This document shows, piece after piece, positions 56,266-64,000 of a DNA stretch of 64,000 nt. Position 1 is the stretch's first letter. Each line of letters starts with the position of its first letter. The notes under the pieces are model-generated. The model was given only the letters and a program-made list of their open reading frames with translations. It was not told the origin of the DNA and made no database searches. This DNA comes from a virus, in IMG/VR virus record IMGVR_UViG_3300046519_000190, positions 32,001 to 96,000 of that record; one strand, given 5' to 3'. The translations under genes were made by a program, and so were the position numbers.

Positions 56266-57168
56266 TTACACGTTGGTGATGCCTTTGACAGCAGCCAGCG
56301 ATTTGGTGGACTTCAACGCCAGACCCACGTACCACTTCAAGCGAGTACGGGTGGCGTCTTTGTTCTGCACGGTGCCGATGTCTTCGACACGAACACCAGC
56401 AGAATCACCGCCGTACAGGCCGTGCAGGCCGTCGACTTCGTTCAGGCGCAGTGCGTAGACCGAGCAGGTCTGAGCAGTGGTGCCTTGGGCAGTCAGCGGG
56501 ATGAAGTCGTTGATGATGATCGGGATGCCGTCGTGAGCCGGAATCTGACCGTAGTTGTCCAGTTGCAGCATGCCGCCGGTGTTACCACCAGCCAGACGCC
56601 ACAGGGCTTTCAGAGCACGCAGAGTGCCGGTACGCATCATCAGGGCGTCAGGACGACGACCTTCCAGTTTGTCGATCAGCTCGTCCAGCATGGACAGGCT
56701 GATAGCTGCGCCGTTAGCGCCAGCTTCGAAGAAGTTGCCGGTGTCAGCAACCAGCTTCGCGATACCGTCGAAGGACTTCGGATCGACGTCGCTGTTACCT
56801 TGCACCAGCGCGCGGCGGAAGGTAGTAGCCATACCCTTGGCTTTCATGGCGATCTGAAGAGCCAGTTGGCTGTTCTTATCGGACATGGTTTGGTCCAGGA
56901 ATTTGTCGACGTCAACGTCGCCAGCGATGATGCGCAGCTTGGTCACGACCTCTTCAACGTCGCTGGTGCCTTCTGGCACTACGTCGTTGACTTCGAGGAA
57001 GGTGCCTTCGCTGTTGGTCAGTTCACGGATGTACACCAGGGCTTTACCCTCGGTGCGTGCGAACGGCAGGAGAGCGAGCAGATCATCGCGATGGATGATT
57101 TCCTCGATCACGCCGCGGAGCATCTCCTCTTGGGAGAGCGTTTCAGCTACAGATCGCAACAGTGGCAT
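56266..57168 (-). CDS. major capsid protein (HK97 fold)
   Basis: GVIEEII...LPF, GDVDVDKF, FDGI, DELID, GIPI..ND.I, R..WY.GLA; strong RBS and downstream terminator. Confidence 0.88.
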   Translation of the reverse strand: MPLLRSVAETLSQEEMLRGVIEEIIHRDDLLALLPFARTEGKALVYIRELTNSEGTFLEVNDVVPEGTSDVEEVVTKLRIIAGDVDVDKFLDQTMSDKNSQLALQIAMKAKGMATTFRRALVQGNSDVDPKSFDGIAKLVADTGNFFEAGANGAAISLSMLDELIDKLEGRRPDALMMRTGTLRALKALWRLAGGNTGGMLQLDNYGQIPAHDGIPIIINDFIPLTAQGTTAQTCSVYALRLNEVDGLHGLYGGDSAGVRVEDIGTVQNKDATRTRLKWYVGLALKSTKSLAAVKGITNV

Positions 57169-57239
57169 TCTCTAACTCCTTCGTTAGATATTTGAATCAA
57201 TTGGGTTCTTTAACCATCAGCACCGAACCAATCAGGCTC

Positions 57240-58139
57240 TTACTGATTTTTCTTGGCCAAACCCGCAGCAATTCGTGCGACACCAGGAGAAATAGTCTTC
57301 GACTCGTCTTCTGGCTTCTTGCCGCCCAAATCAGCGTTCTGCGAACCTGCACCTGGCTTGCCCTGCGCACGAACCATCGCTTTGGCTTCCGGGTGTGCAG
57401 CATACAACGCCGCGATGCCATCTTCAAACGATTTTGGCTTGCCGTCTGCACCCACGATAGGGGTACGTTCGGAGGCGCCGCGTGGCTTGTCATAAACAAC
57501 TGCCACACCGTCCACGATGTCTACGTGAGTACCGAACTCTTTCCGGGCAATCGATGCCGGGATGAGGGACTTCTCACGGATGAACGCGCTCTCGCTGAAT
57601 GCGCGGCCAACGGTCAGGTTCACAAGGCTCTCGTCCTTCTGGCTCAACAGGAGCGTTTGTTGCTCCAACTGGCCTTTCAGGGTTTCGATTTCCTTCGCAT
57701 GCTCGGATTTGACCTGCTCCAAGATACGGTCGTACTCGCCGCGTTTTTCGAGCTGGAGGCGCTCGGCCTCTTTCTTCGCTTCGATCAACGCCTTCAACTC
57801 GTCAGGCTTGCTTTCGCCGGCAGCGTCTTTGTACGCTTTCAGCTCAGCTTCGGCGCTCTTCGCCTTGTCCTTCAAAGCCATCAGCTCTTTCAGCAGTTTC
57901 GCTTCTGCGTCGGAGGGTTTGCCGTCACCAGGGTTTTGCTTGTTCTTCTCGGCTTCCAGACGGTCGGCTTCGGCCTTGTCAGCAGCGGCTTTATCAGCAG
58001 CAGCCTTGTCGGCTTTGTCCTTTTCGGCAGCAGCGAGTTGCTCGGCGGTCAGACCACCTGGCAGATCGTTACCGTCGCCATCAGCTTCTTCGAGATAGAC
58101 GCCTGCGCGACCCAAGAGCTTGATCAGATTCTGGTGCAT
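57240..58139 (-). CDS. capsid scaffolding protein
   Basis: coiled-coil charged protein between portal and capsid genes, C-terminal KPGAGS and IAAGL. Confidence 0.8.
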   Translation of the reverse strand: MHQNLIKLLGRAGVYLEEADGDGNDLPGGLTAEQLAAAEKDKADKAAADKAAADKAEADRLEAEKNKQNPGDGKPSDAEAKLLKELMALKDKAKSAEAELKAYKDAAGESKPDELKALIEAKKEAERLQLEKRGEYDRILEQVKSEHAKEIETLKGQLEQQTLLLSQKDESLVNLTVGRAFSESAFIREKSLIPASIARKEFGTHVDIVDGVAVVYDKPRGASERTPIVGADGKPKSFEDGIAALYAAHPEAKAMVRAQGKPGAGSQNADLGGKKPEDESKTISPGVARIAAGLAKKNQ

Positions 58140-58163
58140 TTTTACGTTCTCCTGGCTGTTCTC

Positions 58164-59771
58164 TTAGCCATTGGTTTTGCCGGTCTCTCGGCTTTGTGTA
58201 TCGGTTTTCTTCGAGGAAGCGTCTGCGCGGTTGCGTTTGGCTTCTTCTACGACTCGGCTCGCTGTCGAGGAACCGGCCCCGTTTGCCGCCAGCGCTTTCT
58301 CTTGCTCTGTCGGCTCGTTGGACCACTCTTTGACTTCTGCACGAATCTTGTCCATCAAATCCTTCGACAGATCGGGGAACAGCTTGGCAACCAGACGGTT
58401 GACTTGCTCTTCCATTACCAGCGGTGGCAGGCCCATCAGGCGCAGCTTCATCGCGGTATCGATTTCGTCGTACATGGTACGAACGTCGAATTGGCTTTCT
58501 ACCGGGTACGTTACCAGATTTGCATCTTCTGGCAAGGTCTCACCGGTCCAGGCTGCAATCACCTGCATCATTTTGTACTCGACAACTTCCAGCGCGTCGG
58601 CCTTGGCACTGAGCAGCGCTACTACGCGCTCGAAGTCCTTGGTCTTGGCAACACCGGAGCTGTTGTCGATACCCTGTGAGTTGTCCTGCTTGGTACGTTC
58701 ACCAGCAAGACCCACAGAATGGTAGATTTCGTTGATCAGTTGGCCGATGGCCGACAGGATCAGGGTAGCCTGACGAGGGTCTGGAGACAAGAAGACTGGG
58801 GCGTTGCCCGCTTCACCGTCATACAGGAACACTCGCTTGGTGCCCATTTCGAGAACCTTGTTGTACGCATCGTCACCTGGGAGAACGCCCTGTGCTGGCA
58901 TTGCCAATTGGGAGAACGCCTGGTCCTGAATAATTGCGTCAAGGTTCGAGGCGTAGTTCGAGACTGCGCGGTCGAGGTAGGCAACGTCTGCGATCAAAGC
59001 AGGGCAATCCCACTTGTCGCTACCGATGCTGTTGTTCGCCGGGATGACTGGAACCAGACCGAGATTGTGTTCGCCGCTACCAACGACTTCCCACTTCCCA
59101 CCGTCCTTCGCTTTCGCGTTCGCCTTGAACTCGAACAGAACCCATTCCATCCGGGTCCACAGACGATAGCGTTTGTACAGCGCACCCGATCCATTGATTG
59201 GGTCAGCGTCGTCACGGCAGTGTTCTTCGATCAGAACCCACAGCAGCTCACCAGCTTCGTCGAATGCGTAGTCAGGAACTTGCTGAGGCGGAACCAGGTA
59301 GGCGTACAGATCAGGCTCAGCGACTTCGGCAGCAGAAGCGTCGACCGGGACATCAGTCACGCGGTTGTCGATGACAATCCAGGGACGACCGAAGATCGAC
59401 TGCTTGAGCGAAACCACACGCATGAATTCGTCGATGTCCAGACCGGTCGAGTCGACCTTCTTCCAGAACTTCTGGATGGATTCTGGGGCATCGTCAACCC
59501 TGCGGTTGATTGGAGCGCGGAACAGGTACTTGTTGACCAGATCCACAGTCTCGCGGGTATGGTTGAAGCGGTAGGCACGCGCAACACGGTCGCTGTATTC
59601 GCGATCACCTTCCTTGATGTAGCGGAAGATGTTCTCTTTGAACCAACCGCGCCCGCCCTTGTAACTGGCTTCGAGGAAACACCAATGCGGCACCAACTCT
59701 TCGTAAAGAGGGTGCTTGCGCTCAACGATGGCTTTAGCCGTTTTACTGTCGATTGGCATTAGGGTATCCAC
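58164..59771 (-). CDS. portal protein
   Basis: HP.Y..., Y.GG, E....Y..R..RA...N, H.LG.VP; immediately downstream of terL. Confidence 0.85.
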   Translation of the reverse strand: MDTLMPIDSKTAKAIVERKHPLYEELVPHWCFLEASYKGGRGWFKENIFRYIKEGDREYSDRVARAYRFNHTRETVDLVNKYLFRAPINRRVDDAPESIQKFWKKVDSTGLDIDEFMRVVSLKQSIFGRPWIVIDNRVTDVPVDASAAEVAEPDLYAYLVPPQQVPDYAFDEAGELLWVLIEEHCRDDADPINGSGALYKRYRLWTRMEWVLFEFKANAKAKDGGKWEVVGSGEHNLGLVPVIPANNSIGSDKWDCPALIADVAYLDRAVSNYASNLDAIIQDQAFSQLAMPAQGVLPGDDAYNKVLEMGTKRVFLYDGEAGNAPVFLSPDPRQATLILSAIGQLINEIYHSVGLAGERTKQDNSQGIDNSSGVAKTKDFERVVALLSAKADALEVVEYKMMQVIAAWTGETLPEDANLVTYPVESQFDVRTMYDEIDTAMKLRLMGLPPLVMEEQVNRLVAKLFPDLSKDLMDKIRAEVKEWSNEPTEQEKALAANGAGSSTASRVVEEAKRNRADASSKKTDTQSRETGKTNG

Positions 59772-59780
59772 TTTTGAATG

Positions 59781-59815
59781 GCACTATGGTAAAGGACTTC
59801 TTCGCCATAGTGCAA
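59781..59815 (-). promoter_or_regulatory. possible sigma70-like promoter within an inverted repeat upstream of portal
   Basis: TTGCAC-18-TACCAT overlapping GCACTATGG / CCATAGTGC. Confidence 0.35.
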
Positions 59816-59819
59816 GCGT

Positions 59820-61091
59820 TTATAGAGAGTGTCCAACGAGAACGATTTTCTTCACCGGATGCTCCAGTTCGATGCAGTAGCCCATTGCGTCCGTGATGTG
59901 CTCCATGCTCGCTGCCTTGTCGATGTCTCGACTGCCAGCCTTGTACAGCGTCTGCTCCAGCGACTGAACCACGTTCGTGCAACCTGGGTTCACTTTCAGG
60001 GTGATCTTCCCGCTGGCGTCCAGCAACAGACGGTTCACGCTGTTCACCCGATCTGCAATGAGTGGGTGCTTGCGACGGAACTTGATCCGATTGAATCCCT
60101 TCTGCCTGAAAATCTCAAGGTCAGATTCACCGCGAGCGTGCTGGCGTGCAGCGCCGGCCGGGTCCGGGAAGATCGTGATGTTGCTCATGTACCGCCAATA
60201 ACGCTTCTCCAGCTCCTCGCACACTTCCAGGGTGTTGGAGTTGTGCAGGAAAATCTCGTCGACGATCCACAGTTCACCGTTCGTTTGAGGCTGCATGATG
60301 CACGCGGACATTGGGTCGATGTTGAAGTCGACGCCAACGAAGATCGGGCGGCCCGGGTTGAACTTGACCTTTGGGTCGCAGTGTACGTGCCGATCGAATG
60401 GGTAGTAGACCCTACCACTCATTGTCTCGAAAGATGCCTCAAACTCCTGTCTGAACGTGCGAGGGTCCATGTCTCGCCGAGCTTCGATGATTTCGCTTTC
60501 AGGGATGAAGGGCGAAGTGATCGTTGGGAACTGATACGAGGACCAGGCTTTGCGAGCAGCGTCCTGACCGAACTGATAGACCTCATACAACTGGTTGTAG
60601 GCTTTGGGGGTGCCGATGAACAGCGCCTCACCGCGGTCTTTTGCCAGCGTAGGTCGAATGATCGTTGTCCAGGTGTCTGGACGGATGTCTTGGAATTCGT
60701 CCATTACGACGAAGTTCAGACCAACACCCCGGAGTGTGTCAGGGTTATCAGCGCCCTTGCACTCGATGACCGACCCGTTCCGCAGGGTGATCGACATTTC
60801 GGTTTCGTGTTCGCGCACAATCCACTTGCGCGGGATCGAAGCCTTGAGGTCGTTCCACATGATCTGCTTCGCCATCCGATAGGTCGGGGCGATGTACCAG
60901 ATTTTCTGGTTCGGGATTTTGGCCCGCTGGATCATTTCGGTTTTGGCGAGTGCAGTCTTACCCCAGCGTCGGCCGGCTACAACGACTCGAAACCGGGTCG
61001 TGTCCAGAAACACCTCAGCCTGCTTTGGATGCAGGCCGATTTGTGTGGCGAGTGGGGTTAGGCCGCTTGGCGCAGCGTTGGTGATCTTCAT
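59820..61091 (-). CDS. terminase large subunit
   Basis: AGRRWGKT, YIAPT, LRG..L..VVMDE, IGTP, QEFEASF, GVDFN, HITDA.GY. Confidence 0.95.
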   Translation of the reverse strand: MKITNAAPSGLTPLATQIGLHPKQAEVFLDTTRFRVVVAGRRWGKTALAKTEMIQRAKIPNQKIWYIAPTYRMAKQIMWNDLKASIPRKWIVREHETEMSITLRNGSVIECKGADNPDTLRGVGLNFVVMDEFQDIRPDTWTTIIRPTLAKDRGEALFIGTPKAYNQLYEVYQFGQDAARKAWSSYQFPTITSPFIPESEIIEARRDMDPRTFRQEFEASFETMSGRVYYPFDRHVHCDPKVKFNPGRPIFVGVDFNIDPMSACIMQPQTNGELWIVDEIFLHNSNTLEVCEELEKRYWRYMSNITIFPDPAGAARQHARGESDLEIFRQKGFNRIKFRRKHPLIADRVNSVNRLLLDASGKITLKVNPGCTNVVQSLEQTLYKAGSRDIDKAASMEHITDAMGYCIELEHPVKKIVLVGHSL

Positions 61092-61810
61092 CAGGTCACC
61101 GCCGGCTCATCACCTTCGACTACGATGTCATCTTCACCTTCGTCAAGCGCGGCATCCAAAGCATCCAGGTCGTCTGGACTCAGCTCGGTGCCCAGAAGAT
61201 CGTCATCGTCGATTTCACCGTTCGCTTCTGCTTCCTCGCGACGCTGCTGGTCACGAAGTTCAGCCACGTCGTTTTCGGTCATCAACTTGATGTGGAGTTC
61301 CGGCATCTGCTCATCTGGATTCAACGCCTGGTCGAGACCCAGGATACGGGCGCCGGTGTTGTAGTTCAGGTGAATGATCTTCGAGGCTTCGTTCAGAGCT
61401 TTCAGGTCATTGAGCTTGTCGGACAGAGGCGTATTGTCCTTGATGGACTTGGCGACGTCGGAATAAGCCTTCTTGTTGAACAGCTCCAGAGCCTTGAGCG
61501 CGACCATTTTGATGTCGTGCGCCTGGACAGCAAGCTCTTCGGCCTGAGCAGCACTGGTTTTTTCGATGGCACGTTTGACCGCAGCGCTCACTTTCTTGGC
61601 GTCGGAGCCTTTCGTGAGGGTGTCACGCTTGAACCGGCGACTCAATGCGGTTGCACTGACCCCGACGGTATCGGAAATTTCTTTGAGGCTGTAGTCCCCG
61701 GAAGTCCACATCGTCTTCGCCCTGGCGTATTCGCGGGGCGTCAGTCGTTTGGCTTTTTCATCTTCCGGCACAGATGGAGTATCAATGGTTTCGGTCATAG
61801 CATCCGTCAC
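61091..61810 (-). CDS. terminase small subunit
   Basis: N-terminal HTH (SLKEISDTVGVSATALSRRF), acidic C-terminus; TGATG coupling to terL (alternative ATG start at 61798). Confidence 0.75.
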   Translation of the reverse strand: MTDAMTETIDTPSVPEDEKAKRLTPREYARAKTMWTSGDYSLKEISDTVGVSATALSRRFKRDTLTKGSDAKKVSAAVKRAIEKTSAAQAEELAVQAHDIKMVALKALELFNKKAYSDVAKSIKDNTPLSDKLNDLKALNEASKIIHLNYNTGARILGLDQALNPDEQMPELHIKLMTENDVAELRDQQRREEAEANGEIDDDDLLGTELSPDDLDALDAALDEGEDDIVVEGDEPAVT

Positions 61811-61811
61811 G

Positions 61812-61840
61812 AAAAATAGGTGAGAGGCGGTCCTCTCACC
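61812..61840 (-). terminator. terminator-like hairpin immediately upstream of terS
   Basis: GGTGAGAGG-ACCG-CCTCTCACC-TATTTTT. Confidence 0.6.
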
Positions 61841-61980
61841 CTCATGGACTCACTCGTTAGCGCCATCATTGGACCGGATCACCTGGAAAATGTCAAATAA
61901 ACGCTTTTTCTAAGGCATCCTTGAGGCAGTACGGTATTGCCTCTTGCTTCCGGGCTTGCGCTCGACGATTATACTGCTTG

Positions 61981-62036
61981 TCCCTTCTAACAACTTGTAA
62001 GAACTCTAAGAAAAAGAAGTAGTTATAAAGAAGGGA
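61981..62036. repeat. AT-rich inverted repeat element B
   Basis: TCCCTTCT / AGAAGGGA arms; spacer contains CTTGTAAGAA as in element A. Confidence 0.6.
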
Positions 62037-62052
62037 AAACAAGGCACCCGGA

Positions 62053-62391
62053 TCAAGTCAGTTCCAACAAGACCACATCATCTTCCTCAGACTCTACATA
62101 CACCGGAACATGAGCAGGTTTTGGAGGTGTAACAACCCGGATTGCTACCGCTGTTGGTGCCAACGTCTGCTTCATCCTCCCATCTCTCATCTCTTTACCA
62201 CCCGGAATGATCCAGCCCTGCTTTTTCAGGATAGCAAGGCTACACATCATGGACTCACGGGTGGATTCGTAGGGAACCCGGCTCATGATTTGGTAGACGT
62301 CAACGTCTGAAACCCGGGTGCCTGATGCGTCCAAGTTTCCACGTACCACCACTTTCATGATTTCGCGTTGTTTCGTGGTCATCGCTTTCAT
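62053..62391 (-). CDS. putative winged-helix DNA-binding protein
   Basis: T.KQ.EIM, helix-turn-helix ending SL..L...GWI, wing R.GR....L.PT. Confidence 0.6.
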   Translation of the reverse strand: MKAMTTKQREIMKVVVRGNLDASGTRVSDVDVYQIMSRVPYESTRESMMCSLAILKKQGWIIPGGKEMRDGRMKQTLAPTAVAIRVVTPPKPAHVPVYVESEEDDVVLLELT

Positions 62392-63269
62392 AGCAGGTCC
62401 AACCTCAATGGCTCTGACGGACCTTGCAAGTCGAAAGCCCGGAGCGGTAACGATTGTGGAATCTCCCTACCCAAGTCCGGGTTGGTCCAGATTCCGTAAA
62501 CTGGGCTCGCGAACACAAGCTGCTGTAGCTCACGCAGGAGGTGCTCCGGCTTCATCCCTTGCACTTTCCCTGTACCCGCATTCAGATTGCTCCCTGTCTT
62601 CTCCCTCGCGCTGTGACGGTAGTAGAACTCTTGCATCGCGGTCATCACACGCGCTCGGTGAGCTGGAGTGAAGCTGTTGAGCTCCTCCATGATCGCCTGG
62701 TGGTCAGCAGGGTGGCCTGCAAACTGGCTCCGCATGAACTTCAAGCCCTGCACGTAGGCAGCAGCAGGCTTCAAATGAGCATGTTGGAACCCGGCTTTCA
62801 CATCAAACGGATTGAATTTGGACATCGAGGACTGAATCTCGATGAACCTCATCCCATCCATTCGCATGGCCAGGTTCACCATTCGATACGAAACCCCAAC
62901 ACCGCGGTACATGGTGTCCGTCACGATCCGTGCAGCCCGGCGAAAGTTCGCATTCAGGAACGTTGCCCGGTGTACGTTGGTGAAATGGCTGTCATTGCCC
63001 GGTTTCAGCTTGGGGAATACCTGGTGACGAGGCGCCAGAAGCAGGCTTACCGTGCTGAGTACCACAATACCAACGAGACAACCATCATCAGTAACACAAC
63101 GCCAGTACCTGGGTCCGGCGGGTAGATTCTCAGCCTTGTAGTGAAGGTCGTGAAGTTCATCCCAGTCTTCCTTGGTGCCCCGTTCGACACGCATGGTATC
63201 CAGCAGAGAGAACCGCGGCTTGGCGGCCGGGTTCCGTTCGACAACGATTTCCCATTCAGGCTGGCTCAT
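62388..63269 (-). CDS. GNAT-fold acyltransferase (Mom-like; often ABC-ATPase-associated)
   Basis: N-terminal LHY, ARIV...YRGVG acetyl-CoA-binding motif A, SSMSKFNPF..KAG. Confidence 0.7.
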   Translation of the reverse strand: MSQPEWEIVVERNPAAKPRFSLLDTMRVERGTKEDWDELHDLHYKAENLPAGPRYWRCVTDDGCLVGIVVLSTVSLLLAPRHQVFPKLKPGNDSHFTNVHRATFLNANFRRAARIVTDTMYRGVGVSYRMVNLAMRMDGMRFIEIQSSMSKFNPFDVKAGFQHAHLKPAAAYVQGLKFMRSQFAGHPADHQAIMEELNSFTPAHRARVMTAMQEFYYRHSAREKTGSNLNAGTGKVQGMKPEHLLRELQQLVFASPVYGIWTNPDLGREIPQSLPLRAFDLQGPSEPLRLDLL

Positions 63270-63591
63270 CTTCACCACCGCTATCAACATCGACCTTGCT
63301 GCATGCCAGCATCAGCGCGTCCGACACCTCTTGGTTGGTCTGGATGTTCGAGTCCCAGATCGTGAAGCACGCACCGTTGGGGCCAGCAGCCTGGTCACAC
63401 ATGACGATGATGGCTTTGCTCCAGTCACCGCCCATTGCGTGAAAAGCTTCCGCGGCGAGAGCCAGGCCGGCGACGTAATCCTTGAAGATCGGGTCTTTCG
63501 CAGCTTTCCATTCGGTCGCTGGAACCACATCAAGGTCTTGTCGACCGACAACCTGACGGCTCTTGAAGTTTACTTTGATCAGCTCAGACAT
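63256..63591 (-). CDS. hypothetical protein
   Basis: 111 aa, GGAGG RBS, overlapping neighbours. Confidence 0.7.
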   Translation of the reverse strand: MSELIKVNFKSRQVVGRQDLDVVPATEWKAAKDPIFKDYVAGLALAAEAFHAMGGDWSKAIIVMCDQAAGPNGACFTIWDSNIQTNQEVSDALMLACSKVDVDSGGEDEPA

Positions 63592-63964
63592 TTTTCGCGC
63601 CTCCAATAGCAGTAGTGGCTTCGTTTCTGATCAGAGTGTTGATTCTGGTGGCGAGAGCTGCATCGCCAGCATTGGCAACGGCACTGATGTTGATGCTCGG
63701 GTTCATTTCCGCGCGGAGCTCCATCGATCGCAGGCCAGTGTTGTTCTTCATGAAACCTGGAGCGACGGCAACACCGCCACCCCACATTCCCATGTCAGCG
63801 GTCTTTTCTTCGTCGCGCTTGGTGCTCAGCACCTCACCGGCCCGGGCTTCGCAGACTTCAGCCAGACGATCACGGATCTTATTCCACTGATCCTCAGTTG
63901 GAGCTGTGTCGCCGTTGATGTCTACGAAGCCTTTCAGCCAGATTGCGAAGTCGTTGGAGTTCAT
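63584..63964 (-). CDS. hypothetical protein
   Basis: F..WLKGF......PT..QW..I...L N-terminal motif common in small phage proteins. Confidence 0.7.
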   Translation of the reverse strand: MNSNDFAIWLKGFVDINGDTAPTEDQWNKIRDRLAEVCEARAGEVLSTKRDEEKTADMGMWGGGVAVAPGFMKNNTGLRSMELRAEMNPSINISAVANAGDAALATRINTLIRNEATTAIGGAKNV

Positions 63965-64000
63965 GCTGCCACCTCTACTTTGATTTTGTCCTTGAAGCGC

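Noticed and set aside
1-64000. tRNA genes, integrase/att site, repA/parAB
   Set aside because: None recognisable in the window, so lifestyle (phage-plasmid, prophage or lytic) cannot be fixed from this sequence

Overview
This is a 64-kb segment of a tailed siphovirus-type phage or phage-plasmid genome, with every real gene on the minus strand. Read in transcription direction (right to left), the modules are: (1) accessory genes and a GNAT/Mom-like acyltransferase; (2) terS, terL, portal, scaffold, major capsid and head-tail genes; (3) tail tube, G/GT chaperones with a -1 frameshift, tape measure, lambda-like M-L-K-I-J tail tip and a long mosaic tail fibre; (4) holin, SAR endolysin, spanins and PhoH; (5) a replication/recombination block with an Hfq-like protein, DnaB helicase, primase, ATP-dependent ligase, CobT/CobS-like VWA/AAA+ pair, DnaE fused to a degenerate family-4 UDG domain, UvsY-like, gp32-like SSB, 5'-3' exonuclease, RecA, SbcD/SbcC, HNH, RuvC and NrdA. 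Gene content and order resemble SSU5/pHCM2-type phage-plasmids, and the tail-fibre and spanin style suggests a Pseudomonas-like host; both are inference, since no repA, parA or integrase lies in the window. The most notable observations are a phage-encoded Hfq homologue with a natural Y25D-equivalent substitution, a family of eight promoter-like elements (CCCR-N5-SCCC-N13/14-[-10]) mostly embedded in hairpins and followed by a shared leader motif, a shared C-terminal aromatic-G-x-aromatic motif that includes an unannotated 26-aa peptide, the DnaE-UDG fusion, and a Mom-like GNAT next to the packaging genes. All assignments come from motif recognition by eye; no database searches were run.
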